Positions 42,406 through 51,052 of a stretch of 64,000 nt of DNA are shown piece by piece. Below the pieces are notes generated by a model. It ran no database searches, was not told the DNA's origin, and saw only the letters and a program-made list of their open reading frames with translations. The stretch lies in assembly GCA_018653485.1 (NCBI GenBank), contig JABHZE010000006.1:196491-260490 (forward strand), in the 5' to 3' direction. This stretch comes from an archaeon. GTDB lineage: Archaea; Nanobdellota; Nanobdellia; Pacearchaeales; GW2011-AR1. The position numbers and the translations under genes were made by a program. Positions within the stretch are counted from its first letter, which is position 1, and the number at the start of each line of letters is the position of its first letter.

Positions 42406-44874
42406 TTAAAAATCCATTAAATTTGTTTGTTTTTTCCCATCAACAAGTTCTTTAGTATTTATTTTGAAAACTTCTAGGATGTTTTCAACTGCAGGAAGTA
42501 ATTGATTATTAAGATAATATTCAATATCATATTCTCCTTTTTCATCTGGAAGTTTTGCTCTTTCTCTTATTAATGCCCTCTTCTTTGTTGATTCTGAAAT
42601 ATAATATTTAATTAAGGTTCCAATAGGCACTTTTATTTTTTGTTCTTCTTGCATTCTTTTTGCTATGATTACATGAGGACCTTGAGCTTTGTATTCTTCA
42701 ATAGGTTTTTTTAATTGTGTTTTAATTATTAATTTTTGAAGGGGTATCTTTCTTTCTTTTAGTTTTTTTATTACTTCTTTAACATGTTCTACTGCTTTTT
42801 TTTCATTTCCATCTTCTAAGATTGTTTTTAATATTTTATTTTGAGTCTCTCTTGCTAAAGTACACCAATCTCTTCTTACTGTTTCAAATCCTCTTATCTT
42901 AAGATTATTATTTTTGTCTATTAATGCATACTTTTTTTTAGCTCCAAATTCTCCTGTTCTTTTTGTCACCCAAATTCCTCTTTTGAAAAAACCCTCAAAG
43001 TCTAATTCCATTATTCCAGGAAGTTTTGAATTGATTTCTTCTAAAAGTTCTTGAATTTCTTTATTAGATTTTTTGTTTTGTAAAAATGCAATTGAATCTG
43101 TATCAGAATAAACAACTTCATGTCCTTTGGATTTTATTTTTTCAATTGTTTCTTTTATTTTTTCTTTTGCTAAGGCTGCTGTTGCAGCTGCTGCTTCTAA
43201 TTGATAATATCTTGCACCAAAAAATCCTTGATAACCATATGCTGCGTTTGCAAGTAATTTATAAGAATTGCTTTTTGCTTTTGTAAATGGATTTTTATCT
43301 AAAGCATATTCTTTTTTACATTGTTTTCTTTTTTTAATTATTTCATTTAGCATTTGAGGAAAAAATCCTTGCTTTTTTGAAAAATATGCTTTTTGATTTT
43401 CTAATTCTACTTTTAATGAATCTGGTTTTCTTTTATGAGAGTATGTTGATTTAGATAAGTTATAAGTTACAATAACAGAGCCATACATACTTGTAAAATC
43501 AAAGAAAACAATATCTTCATATAAACCTGGTATTGGTTGTAAAACAAAAGCACCTTCATATCTTTCTTCTGCTCTTCTTGCACCGATTTGATGTGCATGA
43601 GGGCGTTTTTCTATTATCTCATTATATTTTTCTAAGTTATGCATAATATAATTTTCAACTTGTGCAGACATTGCATCTCTGGATACATTAAATAAAGGTT
43701 CTTGGATAATTTTAGTGAATTCTATTATATCTGGTAAAAGTTTTTCTGCTAATTTGTAAGTTAAAATGGAATCTTGGAGATTGTATTTAAAATAATTTTC
43801 CCATTCATTAGGTTTTATTTTTGAAGAGTGTTTATGTTCCCATTCTGCTTTTTTTTCATTTAATAATTCTGAAGAAACATCATTTAATGAAAGTGTTTCT
43901 GATTGTAAGTATTGTGAATAAATTGAACGAATAAATCTGAATATGTCTAGGTGGATTATTCCCTTTATTTTTCCTGTTAATATTCTGCCTCTTGAAAATA
44001 CTGGTTGAGAATTATCAATTCCCAAGTTTAATTTAAATTTATTTTTATCTGCTCTTGCTTTTAGATAAGGTAAGTCAAAACCATCTGAAAAATATCCAGA
44101 TAAAATATCTGGAGAGTATTCTTTTACATATTTTACAAATGCTTCTAGCATATCTTCTTCATCTTCAAAAGTTTCCACATAGGAAAGTGTAGTGTCCTTA
44201 CTTTTCCAAGTAAGGACCTTGCGAAAATTGTTCTCTCCATAAAGTGAAATCATTAAAATTGGTTCACTCCCAATTTCAACATTATCTGTTTCAATATCAT
44301 AACAAAGTATTTTTGGTTTAAAATCTGGTTGAGATTCTGAACGAGTTATTTCATTTGCTTTAATGCATATATCTACATCTAATGATGCATCTAGATTTCC
44401 AAAATCTTCTGAATTGTTTAATAGTTCTCCTTGAATTTTATACCAATTCATTGGTTTGAATTTTTTCTCTATAATATATTTAGTTATAATGTTTAAATCA
44501 AATTCTCTTCTATGGTCTATTTCTTTGAAATCTAATAACTCTGTGATTTTTGGAGCATCTTTATAATTTGTTATAAATAATTTTAATGCTGGAACTGATT
44601 TTCCTAAGAAATTCTTTTGATGAAGTTCTGTTTTTATTACTTTAGAAGTTCTTTTTGCTTTTTTTATTGAAATTGTTTCTATTTTATTTTGTAGTTTTTT
44701 TATTTGTTTATCTTTAAGTCCTTTTTGTAAGATTACCCAGAAATAAGCTGGAAAATCATCGATTATGCATGCTTTTTTCCCATCTTCTGTTCTTCCGACT
44801 ATTTTTATATAATTTTTATCTTGAAAGTCAAATGAATCATAATCAAGAGGTATAAAATTGATTGTTTTTTCCAT
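42406..44874 (-). CDS. polB: Family B DNA polymerase
   Basis: Exo motifs (FDIETD-like YDIETD; YNLQDS), polymerase motifs SMYGS../KLLANAAYG, and YSDTDS. Confidence 0.93.
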   Translation of the reverse strand: MEKTINFIPLDYDSFDFQDKNYIKIVGRTEDGKKACIIDDFPAYFWVILQKGLKDKQIKKLQNKIETISIKKAKRTSKVIKTELHQKNFLGKSVPALKLFITNYKDAPKITELLDFKEIDHRREFDLNIITKYIIEKKFKPMNWYKIQGELLNNSEDFGNLDASLDVDICIKANEITRSESQPDFKPKILCYDIETDNVEIGSEPILMISLYGENNFRKVLTWKSKDTTLSYVETFEDEEDMLEAFVKYVKEYSPDILSGYFSDGFDLPYLKARADKNKFKLNLGIDNSQPVFSRGRILTGKIKGIIHLDIFRFIRSIYSQYLQSETLSLNDVSSELLNEKKAEWEHKHSSKIKPNEWENYFKYNLQDSILTYKLAEKLLPDIIEFTKIIQEPLFNVSRDAMSAQVENYIMHNLEKYNEIIEKRPHAHQIGARRAEERYEGAFVLQPIPGLYEDIVFFDFTSMYGSVIVTYNLSKSTYSHKRKPDSLKVELENQKAYFSKKQGFFPQMLNEIIKKRKQCKKEYALDKNPFTKAKSNSYKLLANAAYGYQGFFGARYYQLEAAAATAALAKEKIKETIEKIKSKGHEVVYSDTDSIAFLQNKKSNKEIQELLEEINSKLPGIMELDFEGFFKRGIWVTKRTGEFGAKKKYALIDKNNNLKIRGFETVRRDWCTLARETQNKILKTILEDGNEKKAVEHVKEVIKKLKERKIPLQKLIIKTQLKKPIEEYKAQGPHVIIAKRMQEEQKIKVPIGTLIKYYISESTKKRALIRERAKLPDEKGEYDIEYYLNNQLLPAVENILEVFKINTKELVDGKKQTNLMDF

Positions 44875-44894
44875 GACTTAGAAAAATGGGTGTA

Positions 44895-44907
44895 GTTATT
44901 TAAAATC
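44895..44907 (-). promoter_or_regulatory. Putative TATA box for polB (GATTTTAAATAAC on the minus strand)
   Basis: Centred about 27 nt upstream of the polB ATG at 44874. Confidence 0.45.
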
Positions 44908-45079
44908 TTGGTTTTGGGCCCTCCCTCCCGCCCATAAAAATGAAAGTGAAGATAAAATCTATTTAATTAAAATTAGAAGAGGTTTTGGAGGTATTTTAAG
45001 AGTTTAATTACCAAATAGTAGTGTTTAGAAAGATTTAAAAGTTAGGAATTTATTTATTTTCTACAGAGATATAACAAAA

Positions 45080-45556
45080 ATGACATCTGTTAATGAAACT
45101 AATAGTATAGGGGAAGGGAATGGAAGTTTGATAGCTTATGCTGTGGCGTTGCCTAGAAAGTTTACAGGATTTAGTTTTTATGATCCAATTTCAAAAATTA
45201 AAGGAATTCGAGCTGAATCTCCTGAAAAAGCGGTCGAAGAAATTGTAAAGGGTGGTTCAAATAGATCTAGGGCTGCATTAAGTTTATTAGAAACTATTTT
45301 TGGAGGCATTGAAAACTATGCCTTAGTAATTCCTGAGGCTCCTGAAAAAGATGAAGATACTGGAGAGGATTTAACAAAAGAACAAAAATTTGATTATCAG
45401 AGAAAGGGATTGGCTTGTAGGTTGGAATCACATTATTTAGAATTAAGTAGAAAATTTCAAGGAGATTATCCTAATGAACCTGATGCTATTGAAGGCTATA
45501 GGGCGATGGATGAGGCTAGAGATATTTTGCATGCTTGCGGGATAAGGGAGATTTAA
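45080..45556 (+). CDS. Hypothetical 158-aa protein
   Basis: The ORF has a TATA-like GATTTAAAAG about 40 nt upstream; no motif recognised. Confidence 0.5.
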   Translation: MTSVNETNSIGEGNGSLIAYAVALPRKFTGFSFYDPISKIKGIRAESPEKAVEEIVKGGSNRSRAALSLLETIFGGIENYALVIPEAPEKDEDTGEDLTKEQKFDYQRKGLACRLESHYLELSRKFQGDYPNEPDAIEGYRAMDEARDILHACGIREI

Positions 45557-45557
45557 T

Positions 45558-46022
45558 ATGGTAAAAAAGAGAATAAAATATAGGGTGAATTTGCCTTGTA
45601 GTTTGGATGTTCCTGGTTATTGTAGATTAGATCGTGATGGGGAAACAATGGCGTCTACTAAAAAGCAAGCAGCAGCCTTTTTTTTACATAGACAAAATCC
45701 GAGTATAAGGGGTTTGGTTCTTCATGCATTGAGAAAAGAATATGGTTCAATTGAAATGTTTGTTGAAGAGGTTGGAAAATCTAATCTTAGAGGATTAGGG
45801 TTGGATGAAGTTTATGCTTTTCAAACAGAGGATGATTTGAAAAATAGTGGAAGAAAGGGTAAAAAAGGATTGGTTGGTGGAAAGATGACTAAGGCAGAGT
45901 TAGGTTTAATTGAAGAATATGAAATTGCAAGAGAGCTTGCTAGAAGAGATGGAATTAATGAGTTTAAGAACTCTAAGATTAGATTTCATTATATTGATAG
46001 GGCTAGAGAATTGGTTGCTTGA
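45558..46022 (+). CDS. Hypothetical 154-aa basic protein
   Basis: Starts 1 nt after the previous stop; no motif recognised. Confidence 0.5.
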   Translation: MVKKRIKYRVNLPCSLDVPGYCRLDRDGETMASTKKQAAAFFLHRQNPSIRGLVLHALRKEYGSIEMFVEEVGKSNLRGLGLDEVYAFQTEDDLKNSGRKGKKGLVGGKMTKAELGLIEEYEIARELARRDGINEFKNSKIRFHYIDRARELVA

Positions 46023-46237
46023 TTATAGTTATTTTGATATCAATAGATTTTTATATCTTTTAAGTTATTATAATCTATGGGAAAAAAGAAGAAAGATAAT
46101 TTTTGGATTGAAATTATACTTTGGATTTTAGGAGTAGGAGTTATTATTTCTTTAGTATTAAGAGGTTTTGGAGTAATATGAATTTGTTAGATTTAAAAAA
46201 CAAATAATTTTATTAATGCTTGTTATTTGTGTTTTAA

Positions 46238-47296
46238 ATGGGATTACAAATTGGAGAAATCATTTCTAAGAATGAAATTGAATTTAAGGATTTGAAGAAT
46301 AAAACAATAGCTGTTGATGCATTTAATGCTATTTATCAGTTTTTGACTACAATTAGACAACCAGATGGAACTCCGTTAAAAGATAGTGAAGGAAATGTTA
46401 CTTCTCATTTGTCTGGTTTGTTTTATAGAAATATGAAATTGATTTTAGAAGGTGTTAAGTTGATTTATGTTTTTGATGGTGAAGCTCCTGAATTAAAAAG
46501 GGCTACTCGTGAGAGTAGAAGAGTTGCAAGAGATGAATCTAGGGCAAAGTATGAGGAAGCTAGGGATAAGGAAGATATTGAGGGTATGGGAAAATATGCT
46601 AGAGCTGAAGTTTATTTAGATGAAAAAAAAATTAAAGAGAGTAAAGAATTATTAGAAGTAATGGGTATTGCAGTTGTTCAGGCTCCTGGAGAGGGTGAGG
46701 CTCAGGCAAGTCATTTAGTTTGTGAGGGAAAGGCATATGCTGTTGCTTCACAAGATTATGATTGTTTAATGTTTAAAGCACCTAAATTAATTCAGAATTT
46801 AAGTTTGGCTAGAAAAAGAAAAACTATTACAGGTTATAGGGAAGTTTTTCCTCAAATGATTGAGTTAGATGGTGTTTTGAAGGAATTGGAAGTTAACCAA
46901 GAACAATTGATTTGTTTAGGTATTTTATGTGGGACTGATTATAATCAGGGGGGTGTGAAGGGGTTGGGGCCTAAGAAAGGTTTGAAAATTGTTAGGGAGT
47001 TTGGGAGTAAGGAAGAACTCTTTGAAGCTTTAGAGAATAATGAAAAGTTTGAGAAATTAAGAGAGAGTTCTGATTCTTTTGATGATGGAAAATTATGGTT
47101 TGATTGGAAAGAAATTTATGATGAAATTGCAGAGCCTAATGTAAGGAAAGGAGTTGAGATTGAGTTTCCTGAAATGGATAGAGATAAGATTAAAGAAATT
47201 TTAACTCAATATGAATTTAGTGAAGATAGAATTGAAAATCAATTGAAAAAATTGGATGAGTTGAAAAAAGCTAAAGCTCAGACAACTTTATTTTAA
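46238..47296 (+). CDS. fen: Flap endonuclease 1
   Basis: The XPG-N region (AVDAFNAIYQFL), the XPG-I region (APGEGEAQASHL...SQDYD), the H3TH region (GTDYN) and a C-terminal PIP-like QTTLF are all present. Confidence 0.92.
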   Translation: MGLQIGEIISKNEIEFKDLKNKTIAVDAFNAIYQFLTTIRQPDGTPLKDSEGNVTSHLSGLFYRNMKLILEGVKLIYVFDGEAPELKRATRESRRVARDESRAKYEEARDKEDIEGMGKYARAEVYLDEKKIKESKELLEVMGIAVVQAPGEGEAQASHLVCEGKAYAVASQDYDCLMFKAPKLIQNLSLARKRKTITGYREVFPQMIELDGVLKELEVNQEQLICLGILCGTDYNQGGVKGLGPKKGLKIVREFGSKEELFEALENNEKFEKLRESSDSFDDGKLWFDWKEIYDEIAEPNVRKGVEIEFPEMDRDKIKEILTQYEFSEDRIENQLKKLDELKKAKAQTTLF

Positions 47297-47298
47297 TG

Positions 47299-48027
47299 TT
47301 ATTTTCCTCTTTCGTCTAATTCTTTTCCTGCTACATCACCTTCTGTTTGAATTGTTTTTCTAGCTCTTTTTGTTTTCTCTTCTTCTGTTTGTTTTTTTAA
47401 TTTTTTTCCAAGAGATTTCATTATTAATTGATAAGCCATTAAAACTAATACTGTTATTATAATAGAAATACCTACAAGCCATAGATTAGTAACCATTGTT
47501 GTTAAAAGATCTGCGAATTTTCTTATGATTCCTGAAACTCCGACTAATGATGCCATTATCACAGAGGCTATAAATGATAGTATTAAATTAAAATTTGTTA
47601 AAGCTTTTGCAGGATAGTAAAGAAGGATAATTAGTGTTATCCAAATTATGAATGAGAATATAAAAAACCAAGAGTATGAGAATTCAATTCCAAAAATTAT
47701 TTTCCAAACTGGATTGAAAAATGAGAATCCTTTATCAGTATAGAAAAGTATTGGTCCTAGGAATTTATTTTCTGCTAATAAGTTTGTCCATTCTTGTTTA
47801 AGATATTCTTTTCTTTTTTCTTCTTTAGAAATTTGTTCTGCTGCATCTTGGAATTTTTCAAAGGTTTCTAATTGTCCTGTTTCAGGATTGATAGATGTTA
47901 TGTCTGGGACTCCTGGTGTTTGGGCGTTTATTAATGGAAGTAAATTTATTGTAGGGATAAATAAGAATGAGATTAAAATAAATAAGAAGAATATTAAAAT
48001 TAATTTTTGGGATAATCTCTTTTTCAT
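47299..48027 (-). CDS. Signal-peptide membrane protein with a charged C-terminal tail
   Basis: Signal/anchor segment, then an INAQTPG cleavage-like site, about 4 TM segments, and a K/E-rich tail. Confidence 0.6.
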   Translation of the reverse strand: MKKRLSQKLILIFFLFILISFLFIPTINLLPLINAQTPGVPDITSINPETGQLETFEKFQDAAEQISKEEKRKEYLKQEWTNLLAENKFLGPILFYTDKGFSFFNPVWKIIFGIEFSYSWFFIFSFIIWITLIILLYYPAKALTNFNLILSFIASVIMASLVGVSGIIRKFADLLTTMVTNLWLVGISIIITVLVLMAYQLIMKSLGKKLKKQTEEEKTKRARKTIQTEGDVAGKELDERGK

Positions 48028-48072
48028 GTAAAGAATAGTGAATTAGAGTTTTTAAAATTAATGAGAAGTAAT

Positions 48073-48792
48073 TTAGATTCCTGCACCTAATTCATATCCC
48101 TTTGCTTCTTCATCTTGCATCTCTCTTCCTGCTTGTCTTACTTTCATTTTATTTAATGCTTTTTCTTTTTCAGAATCTAATTTTCCTAGGAATGTCCATT
48201 CTCTAAATTGTTTTATTCCAAAAAAGATTATTATACCTGCAATTATTGCTCCAAGATAAGGGATATTTTCTACTGTAAAAATTTCATTTGTTGAAAGTCC
48301 TACTTTATATACAAAAAGTGAAAAATAATAAACAATGTAAAATACCCATATTGCTTTTGCAACTGCTAAATTATCTGTTACTGCGAAACTAAAATATAAT
48401 AAGATAATAAAAGGGACTGCAGTTAAAATTGCTGCGCCCATTGCACTATATTGAAGAAGAATTCCTTCTACAAAATTTTCAGGAATAAACATGAATGCAA
48501 GTATTGTTATTATAACTGAGACTCCTATTCCAAAAAATATTCCTGTTTTTCCGCCTTTAAAAATCCCCATTTCTTTTATAACTGTGTAGATAATCATCCA
48601 TAATAAAACACCTAAAAGAATTGATGAAAATCCAGTAGGGTCTAATTGCATAGCTTGAAAATAGGAGGTAATTACTTCTGCGAAATTTCTTCCCCAAGTT
48701 TCAAAATTAGTTTCTTCTGCAGAAACTAAAGCTATTTGAGAAAGTGTTGATAATCCTGTTATTGCTAATCCTAGTAAACCTGTTTTTTTCAT
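48073..48792 (-). CDS. Signal-peptide multi-pass membrane protein, paralog of 49061-49855
   Basis: FVEGILLQYSAMGAAILTAVPFIILLYFSF aligns with FINGILLPYGVLGAAIVVFLPLLIYFLFV. Confidence 0.6.
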   Translation of the reverse strand: MKKTGLLGLAITGLSTLSQIALVSAEETNFETWGRNFAEVITSYFQAMQLDPTGFSSILLGVLLWMIIYTVIKEMGIFKGGKTGIFFGIGVSVIITILAFMFIPENFVEGILLQYSAMGAAILTAVPFIILLYFSFAVTDNLAVAKAIWVFYIVYYFSLFVYKVGLSTNEIFTVENIPYLGAIIAGIIIFFGIKQFREWTFLGKLDSEKEKALNKMKVRQAGREMQDEEAKGYELGAGI

Positions 48793-49060
48793 AATTGTTT
48801 ATGTCTTTGTTTCTTTATAAATGTTTTTGTGATTTGGGAGGATTGTTTAAAATTATTAATTTGAATTATTTTATTAAAAATCTGAGAAGATAAATCTAAC
48901 TCAGATTTTTGAAAATTTCGAAAAGATTTAATTTTATTATTAAGGGAATGATGAGCAAGAGCGAATTGAGTATTAGAGTTAAATAAATAAGAGGTTATTG
49001 AATATTTTAGATTGAAGATACTTTAAATATATTTTTAAACTAAGGATTATTATATTTACT

Positions 49061-49855
49061 ATGAATAAAAAAAGATGGGTGTTAGGATTAGGAGGTAATC
49101 TTATTGGATTGTTAATGATAGGGTTGGTTAAGGCTCAAGAAGTTCTTTTTACACAAAGTCCTAATTATTATATGGTTACTTTTATTGATTGGGTTAATTC
49201 AAATTATGGGCCTTTATTTGCTGCTTTATTTGGAGTTAGTGAATTAGATGAATTTTTATTTGCAAGGATTTTGGTTTTTCTTTTGATTTTTTCAGTGGTT
49301 CATATGTCTTTGACTAAATCTTCTGTTTTTGGAAGTAATAAGATAATTTATTTTGTGATTACTTCTATTGTTTCAATTTTGTCTGTTAGATATATGGGAG
49401 ATAATGAATTTATTAATGGTATTTTATTGCCTTATGGTGTGTTAGGGGCTGCAATAGTTGTATTTTTGCCTTTGCTGATTTACTTTTTGTTTGTTCATAA
49501 TTCTGTTCCAGGTCAATTTGGAAGAAAGGCTGCATGGACTATTTATGGTATAATTTTTATTGTAATGTGGGGGTTTAGAACTGCAGATGATATTGGGTTG
49601 GATGTTGATATAATTTATCTGTTAGGAATGGGTTTTGTTTTATTGAATTTTATTTTTGATAGTCCTATTCACGAATATTTTGGAAGTAAAAGTTTTAAGA
49701 GTGCTTTAAGGCTTCGTCATTCTGAGAAAAAAGGAGAGATTGCTGAAAGACTTCAGGAATTAGAAGATAGAGCGCATTTGTATTCTACTCATGAATATGA
49801 TAGATTAAAGAAAGCATTGGTTAAAAGCTATAAACATCATGCTAGAAAGAGTTGA
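49061..49855 (+). CDS. Signal-peptide multi-pass membrane protein, paralog of 48073-48792
   Basis: Same topology and conserved central motif; the two genes are divergently transcribed. Confidence 0.6.
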   Translation: MNKKRWVLGLGGNLIGLLMIGLVKAQEVLFTQSPNYYMVTFIDWVNSNYGPLFAALFGVSELDEFLFARILVFLLIFSVVHMSLTKSSVFGSNKIIYFVITSIVSILSVRYMGDNEFINGILLPYGVLGAAIVVFLPLLIYFLFVHNSVPGQFGRKAAWTIYGIIFIVMWGFRTADDIGLDVDIIYLLGMGFVLLNFIFDSPIHEYFGSKSFKSALRLRHSEKKGEIAERLQELEDRAHLYSTHEYDRLKKALVKSYKHHARKS

Positions 49856-49894
49856 TTTGAATTTAGATCTTTAAGAAAAAATTATATTTGGTTT

Positions 49895-50143
49895 TTATTT
49901 AACTTCCCTGTAACCAACTATTTTTTTACCTTTGTAAATTGGAACTTCTTTTGCTTGTCTTGAAGAGCCTTTTGTTATAGTAATTACTATTCCTCCAACA
50001 ACTAGTGCTATTCCTGGATATAATAAATAATTTGCTGGAAATGGAAGAGTTATCTGGACTATCTTTGCTATATCTTCAATTGAAAGAGCTATAGCTATTA
50101 ATCCAATTGCTGAAATTATATATCCTACTGCTTTGTTTACCAT
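49895..50143 (-). CDS. Small two-TM membrane protein
   Basis: 82 aa with two hydrophobic helices. Confidence 0.5.
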   Translation of the reverse strand: MVNKAVGYIISAIGLIAIALSIEDIAKIVQITLPFPANYLLYPGIALVVGGIVITITKGSSRQAKEVPIYKGKKIVGYREVK

Positions 50144-50269
50144 CTTTTTTTTGGAAGTGTTAATCTTTTAATTTGTTTAAGAGATTAGATTACCTAATAG
50201 TATAATTAAGTATATTTAAATATGTTTTTGTTTTGATATATTTAGAGCAAATATGGGAGAAACAGAAAA

Positions 50270-51052
50270 ATGACTAATTATGATATCATGGGGAATATTG
50301 CTGTTGTTAAGGGTGATGGAAAGAAAAAGAAAGAATTAGTTAGTCAGGCAAAGAAAATATTGGAAAGACCTTCAATAAAAACTGTTGTGGAGAAATCAGG
50401 AAATGTTAAAGGAAGGTTAAGGACAATTGATACAAAACATATTTTGGGTGAGAAGAATTTGATTGCAGAGTATAGGGAGAATGCTTGTTTGTTTAAATTT
50501 AATGTAGAGGATTGTTATTTTTCCTCGAGGTTAAGTGGAGAGAGAAAAATTATTGCTGAGAAGATTAAGATGAAAGATAAAGTTTTAGTAATGTTTGCAG
50601 GAGTTGGTGTTTTTCCAATTGTAATTTACAAGTATAGTAAACCTACTAATGTTGTGGGGGTGGAGTTGGGTAAAGAATGTTGTAAATGGTTTAAAGAAAA
50701 TTTGAAATTAAATAAAATTCCTAAAGGAAAAATTGATGTTGTTCAAGGTGATGTAAAGAAAAAGATTAATGATAAATTTGTTGAGGAGAATGGGAGTTTT
50801 GATGTTGTTGTTATGGCTCGTCCTAATTTAAAAGATAGTTTTTTAGAGTGGGGATTAAAAGGTTGTAAGAAAGGTGGGAAGTTGTTTTATTATGGTTTTT
50901 GTAATGTTGATGAAATTGATGAGTTAGTGAAGAATTTGGTTAAAGAGGGTAAGGGGTTGGGGAGGAAGTTAAAGGTTAAGGAATTTGTTAGAGCAGGAGA
51001 TATTGCGCCATATAAGTTTAGATATAGAATTGAGTTTAAGGTTATGAATTAA
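50270..51052 (+). CDS. Trm5/Taw2 (Met-10+)-like class I SAM-dependent tRNA methyltransferase
   Basis: GNIAVVK...SGNVKGRLRT...CYFSSRLSGER...VLVMFAGVGVFPI. Confidence 0.7.
   Translation: MTNYDIMGNIAVVKGDGKKKKELVSQAKKILERPSIKTVVEKSGNVKGRLRTIDTKHILGEKNLIAEYRENACLFKFNVEDCYFSSRLSGERKIIAEKIKMKDKVLVMFAGVGVFPIVIYKYSKPTNVVGVELGKECCKWFKENLKLNKIPKGKIDVVQGDVKKKINDKFVEENGSFDVVVMARPNLKDSFLEWGLKGCKKGGKLFYYGFCNVDEIDELVKNLVKEGKGLGRKLKVKEFVRAGDIAPYKFRYRIEFKVMN

Noticed and set aside
44875-45079. Replication origin in the polB-upstream spacer (a G-string-like GC box in an AT-rich intergenic region)
   Set aside because: There are no repeated ORB-type inverted repeats, no adjacent orc1/cdc6, and only a single GC box. 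It is kept only as a low-interest motif observation.
45910-46131. ORF 45910-46131
   Set aside because: It overlaps the 3' end of 45558-46022 in another frame and runs into the spacer. The short ATG-initiated TM ORF at 46077 is a better, though still weak, explanation of the spacer.
48940-49000. Possible C/D-box sRNA because of AATGATGAGC (a C-box-like RUGAUGA) in the divergent spacer
   Set aside because: There is no CUGA D box at the appropriate distance and no terminal stem. TGATGA-like strings at about 4097 and about 54292 were rejected for the same reason.
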